Shown one piece after another: positions 1-11,779 of a stretch of DNA of 64,000 bases. Location of the stretch: the NCBI GenBank assembly GCA_030704615.1, contig CM060732.1, forward strand, positions 38,068,001 through 38,132,000, in the 5' to 3' direction. A model generated the notes under the pieces. The model ran no database searches, was not told where the DNA came from, and saw only the letters and a program-made list of their open reading frames with translations. Position 1 is the first letter of the stretch, and each line of letters begins with the position of its first letter. The position numbers and the translations under genes are program-made. Source of the stretch: Takakia lepidozioides. Its lineage: Eukaryota; Plantae; Bryophyta.

Positions 1-216
1 CACTAAGTCCCACTAAGCTACCACCACCCCTCGTGGAACCACCCCCACCGCAACCCGGTGTGTGGGGCTCCACCTAGTGAGCGCCTCCGCCTCCTTGAGT
101 GCCTTGGGCACTCAAGGGTGCTTCAGCCCCCGCATCTATTGTTGTCGCTGCCCCCACCACAGGGGCAGCCCCTCTCGTTTCCCGACCCCCTGCCCTCAAG
201 GCAAAGGGCCGCGACA
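1..216 (-). mobile_element. Partial LTR of the same Ty3/gypsy family as 6548-7272 and 11100-11779, inserted into a copia element and cut by the window edge
   Basis: Close match to the right-hand part of the other two LTRs, ending ...GGGCCGCGACA at 216 and abutting the copia protease region. Confidence 0.9.
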
Positions 217-1334
217 TGTATACTGAGAACAGATTTCTACCAATGCCTGGTACATGCATGACATTCTCAAGAACCGCTGTCTCCCAGCTCTATCCATTGA
301 ATGTGCGAATGTTTATATCGCCAATGCCATAAACAAAAAGGTGAGTACCACCAATACCTTGAACATGCCTCCGATCCGCTGAAACATCCTTGTATTTGAC
401 AAACCAGTATTGTTTGTCTGTCATGTGGTCCGTGCAGCCGCTGTCTGCAATCCAAGATTCACAGTTGGTGTTGGGAGATCCACTAACGCCATGTATGCTC
501 TATGCGAATTCTTGGAATCTTTTGCAGATGTTGATGCAAGCTTCTTGCTATCTCCATCTGGACATTCCCTGGCCCAGCACTTCCCGACTTACCACATTTC
601 CGACACTCTATATACTTCTTCTTATCATTGATCTCTTTGCGGCGCTGTTGACGTTGCTCATACGTCATTTTGGACCGATCTGCTTTGGTCTTCCTTTTGG
701 CGTTTGCGATGTAAGCTGCAGCTGGCAAGCTCTACAGCTCCTTTTCTTGGATGTCCTTGATACGCATCTCCTCTCGAACCAAGCGAATCAACAAGTTGTT
801 CAGAGTCTTCTCTACAACGGCCGTGTTGTCCCAAGATCAGTGAAAATGACTGTAGCAGTCCCGAATGTTTCCAAGAACCTTGGCGATGACGTTAGTGTCT
901 GCAATACTAGTGTCACCTAAACGAGACAATTGACTCTTGATCAATTCGGCCTTGCTAATGAATGACGCTATAGTATCACTGCTCTCGAACTTACACTGGT
1001 AGAACTTGACCTGAAGATCATGAATGTTATCGTTCGCTCTCTAATCGTGCACCGTTTTAAGCAAGTCCCAAATGCCCTTAGACGATGTACATCCACTCAC
1101 AAGATCAAGAATAGTGTCATCGACAGTAGTGCAAGGCAAAGAGGTAGCTTGACCATCTTTCTTTGTCCACTCTACTCTCTCAGTTGCCTGTGCTTCTGAC
1201 GGTTTGACGTCTGTGCCGTCTACTACTCCCATAAGGTCTCTCCCTAAGAATAGTGCTCTCATCTGGAAGCTCCATAGGTGAAAGTTCTGTCCGTTGAACT
1301 TCTTGATGGCAGCTGTCTCTCGACTAGAATCCAT
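217..1334 (-). pseudogene. Ty1/copia gag-protease remnant
   Basis: The minus strand gives KFNGQNFHLWSFQMRALF (copia Gag N-terminus), a CRKCGKSG knuckle remnant, WIADSGCTDHM (copia protease) and LENVMHVPGIGRNLFSV. Several stops and frameshifts. Confidence 0.88.
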
Positions 1335-1422
1335 AACGAACAAGATACAGGTAAAGAACAGAGCTATGGTACTACATGACACTCTCTGACAACAGACGCA
1401 GCTTAAATAAAGCGAGAAATAA

Positions 1423-1433
1423 GGCCCATAACC
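1423..1433 (-). promoter_or_regulatory. Copia primer-binding site GGTTATGGGCC (half-tRNA-iMet type)
   Basis: The minus strand reads ...TTTAATA|GGTTATGGGCC, about 90 nt upstream of the gag ATG. It matches the PBS type of Drosophila copia. Confidence 0.7.
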
Positions 1434-2019
1434 TATTAAAAGCAGACAAAATACTCAGGGGCGTTGATTAAACTGATTGAACTTATTGATTTGAGATGCT
1501 TAGAACCACTTTATTGAACTAGGTGAATCTATTGAATGATGATAGGTATTTTGGCCACTCCTTTGCTAAAACAAAGTATTTAGGCACTGGGGTAGGAACC
1601 GTTGGCCCTTCCATTAGAGGTGACTTGAACTCAAGCACTCGGTGAAGGAGAGGCATTGGGAGAGGAAGATTTTCCCTTTTCTTCCTAGGCTCGGAAGGTG
1701 CTTGTGAAGGGATTAAAACATGCTATAAGCGGTTCGGGGGCCTATGCAATAGGAATTAGACAATAAAACACAAAGACTTGGAAGACAGTTACCGAGTAGA
1801 TTGTAGGATACCGTAGGACTTAGAAACGCAAACTCGCCTTGTGAAGAGGAGTATGTGACTTCTCTTTGCCGGTAGGACTTAGATACTGATCATAGCTATC
1901 ATGTACGACCACGGACCCCCTGCACTAACCGCAGTCGGGTAGGCAGTTCAGTGAGCCCAACCTACACCGCAACTTATCACGGACCTCCTAGACTAATATG
2001 CCGTCACCCTGACCGCGTG

Positions 2020-3588
2020 CGTTCAGGGCGTCATATAAATGGTGCGTCTGCCGGGAGGTAAGTAAATAGTCAGGACTCCTTGTATTCCGAATAGAAGAAT
2101 AATTGGACCTTTGTCATTCTCCGCTGGGATGTTTGTTCTTTCATTTTTACCTGACATTTTGTGTTTTGATTCGGACAGGAAAAGACCGAGTGAACCATTA
2201 GGTACATCTAGATAGATTTCTCGCATTTGAGTTAAGCACAAGGCTAACCACATGGAAAATTTTGAGTGGCAGTATGGCTGCACCCTTGGCACTCCCTCGC
2301 CGGGAGCATTCCTTTGAGTACCGGGTGATCGGACTCTACCGCATCATTTCCAGCACTAGGACTGGAGACGTACATGGCCCCGAGGCCACAATGATTTGCA
2401 GGCTGAGGACTCTACCACATCATTGTAGAGGAGTATCGAGAGTATTGGATCTCTACTCGAGTTGGACCCCGAGGCCCCGGAGCCCGGACGGCCCCTATTG
2501 CTACATTTTTTCGGTTCAACACTCATTGGCCAGGCTGTTGTTAACCACCCTTTCTTGCGTATATTCATTTTGATTTGGCCTTTGAGGTCCATCTTGTGTG
2601 GCAGGTGGCCTACTTGGCTTGTTGTGCGTTGTGTCGCACCATCACCGACACCTTGCTGTATGTAGGGTCGTTAGACGTTCCGCTCCGTTGAGGGAGTGTG
2701 CGGGGCGCACTATTTGCGGACATCGCCCCGCTTTCGTATACTGGTTGATTGGAGTCGGCCCAAGAGAGGACGGAGTCGAGAGTGAGCACCTCTCCCACCC
2801 GAGGAGGGCCTGCCGACCATTCTTGCCTCCTCGGTACTATCAATGGGGGACCACGCCATCAGCTCTTATTCGTGAGTTGATTTCATCTGGTTCATTAACC
2901 CTACTAGGCACAGTTAGAGATCGGCTAGCAGAGAGTTCTTTTGTTGCATCACCTGTTGTAGCTCGTAGGACACTGCCACCGGTCCCAGTTTGGTCAGTAG
3001 TTTTTCCTTTTGGTCTGAGAGTCCCTTTGGCGCAGTTGCCTCGTTTACCGCCCCTGGTGGTACATGCCACCTCTTCAGTAGAGAGTGCCTCGAGTGGACC
3101 TACTGAGTACACTTCCTCGGAGGAGGAAGGGGACGATCCTGCCACCAGTAGCCATCATAGGGAGTCAAATTAGAGGTTTTGTTTATGGATCCAAGAACTC
3201 CTACTAGAGGGGTCCGGACCTCATTTGCTTTAAGTGCTGAGGAGTATGGTAGTGGCATGCGGTTGAGTACCATTGTACCAAACCAGCACCGTTATATGGT
3301 ATAATTGCTTATGACATGACTAACACAAGTGTAGAAGTGGGTCAGTGATAAGCCAACGTAGAACACCATTTGGGATGTCATTTGATGAAAAAGTGAAACG
3401 CATCCAGCACTGGTTCTTCCATCAATCTTCCAAACACCACGGTCTACCCGAGAACGGATCGAAGAATTCGGTACCTGGGTGAAAAGAAGGTGCATAAGAA
3501 ACTGTAGTGTGAATGCACGGGAGTGACATTAAAATTTTTGTTACTTGCTCAGCTTCTGCATTTCTAGAAGACAGGGGCTCTGATACCA
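2020..3588 (-). mobile_element. Degenerate LTR-retrotransposon 5' internal region (PBS plus decayed gag-like ORF)
   Basis: GCTCTGATACCA (reverse complement of the tRNA-iMet PBS) at 3577-3588, followed by a TG LTR edge at 3590. Low-complexity ORFs and a frameshifted CxxC..GH knuckle-like stretch near 2360-2400. Confidence 0.5.
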
Positions 3589-5099
3589 GTGGGAAGGAAG
3601 TTGAGCTATCCCTGTGATTTTATTTCATTCATTGAATGGACGGATTTTATCCCTGATTTATCATCCCAACGATGGCGGAGTTCATCCATACTTGCCAGGT
3701 TATTTCAAGAGTTGAGAAAAGGATTTCCGCTTGGATGGAAGTAGGTAAGCTATGAAACAGTGGATTTTTCATCCGGCGGATAAATGAAGTTCATCAATGT
3801 TCTAGGAACATCATGGGAACATTGGGGAACACTCGGCCTGGATATAGCCCAAGTATCTGCGATTTTTCATCCATCAGATGAACGTGGTTCATCCGTGATT
3901 TACCATCCATGAGGATGAACGTATGGCCAGGTGTATTTTTCATCCGGGAGACGAATGAACTTCATCTGTGCGCGATGGCGGGGAATGCCCTACGGGATGC
4001 TATGCGCAGAAGAAGAACGAGCAGGAGAGGGTGTAGCAAGGAGCGTAAGTAGGAAAACGCTTGGTGGATTCTGCTGAGGGGCTGTGGAATGAGCAAGGGT
4101 TGAGTGTAGAAGGGAAATGAGCGTGTTCTGCGATCTTGATTTGTCTTGATGAGGGGCTGTGGAATAAGCAAGAGGTGGGAGTAGTAAGGAACATAGCGTA
4201 TTTTGCTGCCTTGTGGTGTCTTGATTAAACAGTAATTAGGGGATAAGGGAAGGCGAGCAGGGAGTAGCTAGGGATGTGGTACAGTTGTCAGTAAAATGCA
4301 AGCGGTGCCGCCATTCGTCTTTTCATTGAATGCTGGAGGATGAGCTTGCGTGGAGAAGCAGCTTGACGTGATGAACAGCTGCAGATGGGAAGAAATGGTG
4401 AGGGCGGTGGCTCATGAGTGATGACTTGGGTTATCCAAAGGGCAGGGAACAACTTGGCAAGGAACAACTTGGCATGTGTGCAGCTGCCATACAGAGGGAG
4501 GCGGTGCCGCCCTGGACGTTATGTTTATCACTTGGCAATGGCAATTAACTGAAAGATGAGCAGACGGGGGAAATTGGGGGCTTGAAGTGGAAGTACAGCG
4601 ACCAGTTAAGAGGAGGCAGTGAGGGACTGGCGTGATAAATGGTGACTTAGATCATCTGTGGAATATTGTTGGGGTATGAATGTACAGAGCAAAAAGGGGA
4701 GGGGCTTTTAGATGTTGGGGTTTCTTTGATGTAGCAAGATGTTTTCTTAGGGCAAGGTAGCAGAGCTGGTGGAAGGCAGAATAGATAGTTAGCGAACAGA
4801 CAAGGAAGCTGCCAGCAATTAAGACAGTGCGCCAAGGATTGATGGACTCTTTAAAACCTAGATTCTTTGGGGGATGGAGTTCCAAGGCGGCGAAGCGATC
4901 TGCTGAGTGGACTTTGTTTTTAGACAATATCGTAGCAAACAAGAGACAACCGGAGTTATGGTGTCTGCTGGCAGGAGGGGTCAGGTACCAGTTGGGGCAG
5001 GCAAGGCCACCGCTTCACTGGAAGTATAAAACAATTAAGTTCGAGTGTTTTCTCCTTCTTCTTACTTAGGATAGATGTTGTTGAAATTTCTGGTTGATG

Positions 5100-6100
5100 C
5101 TCTCAAGTTAGCATGAGGGAGATGATACATTTTTTAAAAATGGAATGGAGGGATTGTCTGAACTTCAAACCATGAGATATAGAAAGAAAGGGAGGTGATG
5201 GAAGTGTAGATTGGTATGCTGACTGAGGGGAAGTTCTCCAATCCCTCAGTCATAGAGTGTGTTGTCTTGATCTTGCTTTCCATATTCTGGTTCCAGCATT
5301 GTGAGTCTGGGATCAACTTTGCATTGAGGTTTAATGGCAATCAGATCTGCAGAGAACTTGCTGTAGGGTAGAAATAAGAGGGAGTTGCTGGATAGTATCA
5401 TGGATTGGGATCGAATGAGGGCTCTATCTGTCAAGAGTTAGGGTCTGGTACAGCACCAGCATGCACCAAGTAGTGGGATGCATTTGGTGAATACTTTACA
5501 ATCTGATGGTTATTCCTGCTTACATATAGTTGCAGTAGGGATTCTCTTGTTTGATGTTGGGTTATCAGACTGAGAGAGTATAGGGCCCTGGAAACTTGTC
5601 AACAGGTGCCTGAGTGCAAGCTAAGGTCTTAATTTGTTTGTGAGGTGCACACTTAGATAAAAAGGGGTAACTACTAACTGATAAGCTGATTGCTGCTGCA
5701 AATAATCAAGATAAGGAGGGACTCTATTTTGGTGAGGAGAGATGACTAAGGAGGGATGTGGTGTATGCTTGTGATTTCAAGGATGATTTCTGCAAAGGCC
5801 CCCACTGGATATCATGTCTCAATTGCACCTGCATTGCCTGTAGAAAGGGTGCATAGATAAACAAGGGCCAGGGGATCTGTTTGTCAGAGAAGGGTGAGAA
5901 AAATTCTGGAAAAGGGGAGAGCTGCACAGAAAAAGAAAGAATGAAGGGATAACCAGTTGTAAGCTGAGAGATAAAAATGGAGAAGCTTCCCAGTCCCATC
6001 CATGTTTTCTCTTCTGCTGCGGCATGGATGAGGGCATCTGGTATATGGTCATGAACAGTAAAGGGTCAATGATTGAGGATAGTGATTTAGGGTAGCAAAC
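5100..6100 (-). mobile_element. Possible highly degenerate LINE RT remnant
   Basis: Fragments RSPGP...FYRQC (cf. KSPGPDG) and FQGPILS (cf. YRPISL) in the expected order. Very decayed. Confidence 0.3.
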
Positions 6101-6547
6101 TTGTCTTCACTAGGATGTAGTAGGCTGGGGCAACAAGCTTCTTTGCACTACGAACCAGATTTAGATTTTTACAGAAGGGATTTATGCCCTTTTTTTTGGT
6201 ATCAGAGCATGCCGGTCTTTGATCTGGGAGTTGTAGGATTTCGTGTAGGAAGGTAGAGGAGTGATTTGCGAGCAATGGTGACTAACATTCCATTTTACGG
6301 GAGCAAGTGTCGCGCACCTCCCTTCGGTAAGCTCCCCCTCAAGAGCTCCTCCCACTCTTGAGCGGCCTCGTTTTCGGAAACATTCATCGCTTCCTCAAAC
6401 GGCCGCCTCGGTGACACGTCGCCCCCATCGGGCTCACCAGGATCATCATCTTTTGGGCCGTTCCGCTTTGGCTTTGGCTTGCCCGACCCAATGATGAGGC
6501 CAATCCCAAGGACGATCGCGTACTGAACTCTAAGCTCTGATACCAAG

Positions 6548-7272
6548 TGTCGCGCACCTCCCTTCGGTAAGCTCCCCCTCAAGTCATAGTTACTCGCTTT
6601 GATGCGCGCGCCTGACTCCCAACCTGGCCGCCGGGCCAACTTGGAGCTTCGGCTGCTCACCGGGGCATAACGGTCCCCCTTTGTTCTCCCAAAGAACCCT
6701 CCACCGATTTGGAACCAGCGGGAATTCCCTTTTGTAGTTGGCAGTCCGGAACAGCTCCCCACTCTTTGGTCGCTTTCCGGCTCGCTCGCTTACTCACTAG
6801 TTTTTGGTCACCAATGGGCTTGCACCGTTCTCGGGGTTACTACTCCCTATATATACTTCTGTAGCTGTCCGCGGGGGTTTCACAACCAGCCATGCCATTT
6901 TATGGCGAACCACCACGAAGACCCTCGATTCCCGGTGGTGAGTCGCGGTGAGTCTTGGCCCACTCACTGCGGCCCCAATGGACCGTGATGAGTCCCAAGA
7001 CTCCCCACGACTCCCACCTCGAGGTCTCCACCCATGGTGAGTCCTATGCCACCCCCACTAAGTCCCGCTAAGCTACCACCACCCCTTGTGGAGCCACCCC
7101 CACCGCAACCCGGTGTGCGGGGCTCCACCTAGTGAGCGCCTCCGCCTCCTTGAGTGCCTTGGGCACTCAAGGGTGCTTCAGCCCCCATACCTATCGCTGC
7201 TACTGCCCCCACCACAGGGGCAGCCCCTCTTGTGTCCCGACCCCCCTGCCCTCAAGGCAAAGGGCCGCGACA
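6548..7272 (-). repeat. Middle (shared) LTR, 725 bp
   Basis: TG...CA termini; near-identical to 11100-11779; PPT on one side and PBS on the other. Confidence 0.93.
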
Positions 7273-8178
7273 CACACCCCTACCAACAGGGAGTCGATGT
7301 CCTCATCGACTTGTCCATTTTGTAGAAACGAACATCCAAGTTGTGGCGTCCCACATCAAGGAGTTTGTTTCCGTACCATGGCGTCCCATGGCAAAGAACC
7401 AAACCCCACACTTGACTCTACTCTCCACTAGCTAGTTCGGCCGACTTCCTCCAAGTCCCGGCCAAGGGTGGAGCCTCTCCAGCTCCTCCAAGTGCACTCT
7501 TCTTGGCCTACTTCAAGGCCAAGGAACGATCCTCCTTGAGGATCGAATCGCCTTACTGCAACAACATTGCTTGCGACCGCTCATGATGCCGCTTTTGGCA
7601 TCACCTTGAGCAAGGGTTCACCTGGAACCCTCTTTGACTAGGAAGATAACCTTGAACCAACCGTGCGCCCCAATCACTACAATTGGGTCCGCCTTGGAAT
7701 GCTGGCCTGAGGTACGGGAACACGCCGAAGCCGCACTACGACTTCGTCCCGAGGCTACACGATTATAGTACGTGAACGGAAGCACGTAGCTTCCGCGTTA
7801 GCCCGCACTACAAGGCAACCCCCTCGGTAGCGCAGTTATAGTACGCGCACGCGCCAGGTGCGCACTAGCACGTGAACTCCCAAAGAAGTCGCAAGTTTCC
7901 TTGCCCCTTGGATGGGGGTCACCCGATTTCGGCACTACGCAAACACACGATTAACCCCATTTACCTCTCCCACTTTTATAAGCTAGCATGCATTCTACAC
8001 ACTAGCCAACCATACCATGCATCACCATTCCAAACAAAATAGGACGCACAACATTTGGAACCCATTTCCTTTATAACAAATTTTTGTACAATACAAGTTT
8101 TTGTAATCGGATTCCTAAGCTAGCTAAGCCGGGCTAAGCCTGCATTTCCTCCCCCACGCTCCAAGGTTGATGTCCCCA

Positions 8179-8495
8179 TCAACGTTTCTTCCGCTTTTGA
8201 GGTCGCCCTTCGAAAGCTGCAACCGCCTCGGATGCGTTTCCCATTTCTGAGGCACGCACCCAAGATGCCTCCACATGATGATAGCCCTTCCATTTGACGA
8301 GATACTCCGTTTCTCGGTTCTTGAACCTCCTCGACTTAAGTATTGCCTCCACCTCGTACTCAGGTTCATTTTCATGATCCAACAGCATAGGTGGCGGACG
8401 CAACACTTGATGTCGATTCGGACGCGCTTCATCTTTGAAGTAAGGCTTCAAAAAGGAGACATGGAATACTGGGTGCACCTTGCTGTTTGCTGGCA
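8179..8495 (-). pseudogene. Integrase C-terminus with chromodomain
   Basis: LPANSKVHPVFHVSFLKPY followed by EYEVEAIL...YLVKWKGY...SW. Confidence 0.9.
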
Positions 8496-8533
8496 GCAAA
8501 CAGCAAGCTGATCTGTTAGAACTGACCATTGTA

Positions 8534-10939
8534 TCACCCCTTGTTGCCACTGTTTGACAATGGTATTTCTGAGAACTTGAAAGTGCTTGGACACGCATTA
8601 TGCCCCAAGAACTCCACTTTCGTGACCCCGAATTCGCATTTTGAAGCTTTGGCGTACAGCTTCCCTTCCCGCAACTTTTGGAACACCCTTTTGAGGTGCT
8701 CCAGGTGTTCCTCCTTTGTTTTCGAGTACACCAAGATGTCGACGATGTACACGATCACAAAGTCATCCAACCATTCCTGAAAAAGGCTGTTCATCAGCGT
8801 GCTAAAGGTCGCCGGTGCATTAGTGAGCCCAAAAGGCATCACCAAGAACTCATATGAACCATACCTTGTCCTGCACGCGGTCTTCTCCTCATCTCCTTCC
8901 GCCACCCGAATTTGATGATAGCCGGAGTGCAAGTCGATCCGGCTGAAATACTTCGCTCCTGCCAACCAATCGAAGAGGTCGTCGATCCTTGGCAAAGGGT
9001 ACCGGTTTTTGATAGTCACCTTATTCAGAGCCCTGTAATCGACACACATCCGCAGCGTCCCATCCTTCTTGTCTGCGAATAGCACCGGGGCTCCGTAAGG
9101 TGACTTACTCGGCCGGATGTACCCCTTTGACATTAGATCCTTGAGCTGAGTCTTCAGCTCGACCAACTCCCTGTGGCTCAACCGGTAGGGTGCCTTGGCA
9201 GGCGGTTCCGATCCCGGTATCACCTCAATCTTGTGGTCAACTCCTCTTCGCGGTGGCAAGCCGCTTGGTAAATCCTCCGGCATCACATCCTGGTATTTCT
9301 CCAAAATCCCCTTGATCCAATCTGGGCTCGGCACCCCATCGCCTTCTCCTTTCACTTCTCTAATGTAAAGCAAAAACTGGGACTCGTGTGCCTCCTCCAC
9401 GGCCCACTCCTTTGCTGACAGAAGGTTTATTCGCCCTCCCACGGATTTGGGTGTTTCCGACACTCGTAAAACCTCGCCACCATTCCCACATGGCAGCGTG
9501 ACTACTCTCTTGCGGCCATCTATGACCGCTCCGGATTTGCTCAAAAAGGTCATCCCCAAAATGAGATCCACTAAATCAATCTCGCTGATGGTGAAGTTTT
9601 CACGTCCCTCCCAACTCCCCAGTTGAAGAGGAACATCAAACGCCAACCTTGTCGCCAACTGAGGTTCTCTTTTGGCAGAGCGCACCTCAATAGAGGCCCC
9701 CACGTCACTTGTCGGGAGTCCCAACTTTCGCGCCGCCGCCGGCGTCATGAAGGAGTGCGACGCTCCTGTGTCCACCAACAACGACACGTTAGTTCCGGAT
9801 ATTATCCCATCCACGAACAATAACTGACTCCCTTTACGCAGGGCGCCAGTTTCCTGATACAACTCACAAGAATAGTTGCCTACCTTGCAAGTCCTGGCGA
9901 CCACCGCTTCCACCAAGCGACTGATGGTATCTTCCGACAGCTCCGTGGTTGCCCGAGTCATGTTCAATTGTCGAGGTTTTGTGCACTTCTTGGCCATGTG
10001 CCCGGGCTCCCCGCAATTGAAACACACTCCATCAAAGGTTGCCTTCTGTCCGCCATAAGCCGCTCCACCCGCTTTTCCTTTCGAAGCACCGGGTGCCGCC
10101 TTGACGTGTAAAGGCCCTCCCTTCGATTTCCACGTGCCATTGTTGCCGCGTGGCCTATCCCACTTCTTTTCCGGTCGGAAGGAGTCACCTTCCCGCCGGG
10201 TCTTCTTGTGGTTCAGCTCCGTACGGCCTTGTCTCTCACCCCTAGGGACATCCGAGAAACATTCAGCTCTCTCAATTGCCTCGTTCAAAGTCTTGGGTGG
10301 CTTCTCCTCCAACTTCCGCCTGGCCCATGGGGCCAGTCCCGCCACAAAATTGAAAACCATTTCTGGTTCTGTCATGTCCGCGACTTCGAGCAACAGCACA
10401 TTGAAAGCCTGGACATACCCCCAAATGTCATCTGTTTGCTTCAAATTCCTCATCTTGTCCCGGGCAAGCCAGGATGCGTTGAGGGGCACAAACTGTCTCT
10501 TCATCAATTCCTTGAACCCACTCCAGTTCAAGGTTTCCGTGCTTGGGCCTCGGTCGTGAAGGCGTTTCTGCCACCATTGTTGAGCATAGCCCCTCAAATA
10601 GGTGGGAGCCACTTCCACCCGATCCTCGTCACTCAACTTGGCCGCCCGGAAGTACCGCTCTAGCTCCAGGAGCCAGGTGTTGAGTGCCTTCCGATTTCGA
10701 ACGCCCTCAAAGGTGCCGGGTTCCTTAGGCTTCACCTTAAACTTTGCCTTAGTCGAAGTGGCATTAGCCGCCTTCAACACGTCTTTCAACGTCCCGCCAA
10801 ACTGCGCCAACAACCCTTCCCAAAAGGCTGCCGGCATGGGAGGCATCTCTTGGTTTGTCGGAGCTCTCCAGGATTCCTCGGGCTCCGACTCCTCGGATTC
10901 CTCCCGCTCTTGAGCGGCCTTGTTTTCGGAAACATTCAT
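8534..10939 (-). pseudogene. Gag-protease-truncated RT polyprotein, inactive
   Basis: Gag [12 protein letters not shown]...ERYF, knuckle [14 protein letters not shown], protease [24 protein letters not shown]...[27 protein letters not shown]. The catalytic YxDD reads YIVD. The ORF breaks after VEFLGH, and RNase H and the integrase core are absent. Confidence 0.92.
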
Positions 10940-11099
10940 CGCTTCCTCAAACGGCCGCCTCGGTGACACGTCGCCCCCATCGGGCTCACCAGGATCATCA
11001 TCTTTTGGGCCGTTCCGCTTTGGCTTTGGCTTGCCCGACCCAATGATGAGGCCAATCCCAAGGACGATCGCGTACTGAACTCTAAGCTCTGATACCAAG

Positions 11100-11779
11100 T
11101 GTCGCGCACCTCCCTTCGGTAAGCTCCCCCTCAAGTCATAGTTACTCGCTTTGATGCGCGCGCCTGACTCCCAACCTGGCCGCCGGGCCAACTTGGAGCT
11201 TCGGCTGCTCACCGGGGCATAACGGTCCCCCTTTGTTCTCCCAAAGAACCCTCCACCGATTTGGAACCAGCGGGAATTCCCTTTTGTAGTTGGCAGTCCG
11301 GAACAGCTCCCCACTCTTTGGTCGCTTTCCGGCTCGCTCGCTTACTCACTAGTTTTTGGTCACCAACGGGCTTGCACCGTTCTCGGGGTTACTACTCCCT
11401 ATATATACTTCTGTAGCTGTCCGCGGGGGTTTCACAACCAGCCATGCCATTTTATGGCGAACCACCACGAAGACCCTCGATTCCCGGTGGTGAGTCGCGG
11501 TGAGTCTTGGCCCACTCACCGCGGCCCAATGGACCGTGATGAGTCCCAAGACTCCCCACGACTCCCACCTCGAGGTCTCCACCCATGGTGAGTCCTATGC
11601 CACCCCCACCGCAACCCGGTGTGCGGGGCTCCACCTAGTGAGCGCCTCCGCCTCCTTGAGTGCCTTGGGCACTCAAGGGTGCTTCAGCCCCCGTACCTAT
11701 CGCTGCTACTGCCCCCACCACAGGGGCAACCCCTCTTGTGTCCCGACCCCCCCTGCCCTCAAGGCAAAGGGCCGCGACA
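11100..11779 (-). repeat. 5' LTR, 680 bp, with a ~45-bp deletion between CCACCCCCAC direct repeats relative to the middle LTR
   Basis: TG...CA termini; PBS adjacent at 11086-11097. Confidence 0.93.

Larger units (their letters stand above)
6308..11779 (-). mobile_element. Composite Ty3/gypsy chromovirus (Galadriel-like) insertion, internally deleted, with three LTR segments
   Basis: TSD GCAAG at 6303-6307 and 11780-11784. TGTCGCG...CGCGACA termini. PBS at 11086-11097 and 6534-6545. PPT-like GGTAGGGGTGTG at 7273-7284 on the minus strand. Confidence 0.93.

Noticed and set aside
390-920. 176-aa plus-strand ORF
   Set aside because: It is antisense to the copia gag and has no motifs.
10940-11314. 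ORF track extends Gag-Pol 125 aa upstream through the PBS into the LTR
   Set aside because: It starts at a non-ATG codon inside the LTR. Openness in both copies reflects recent duplication, and the ATG at 10939 is the more plausible start.
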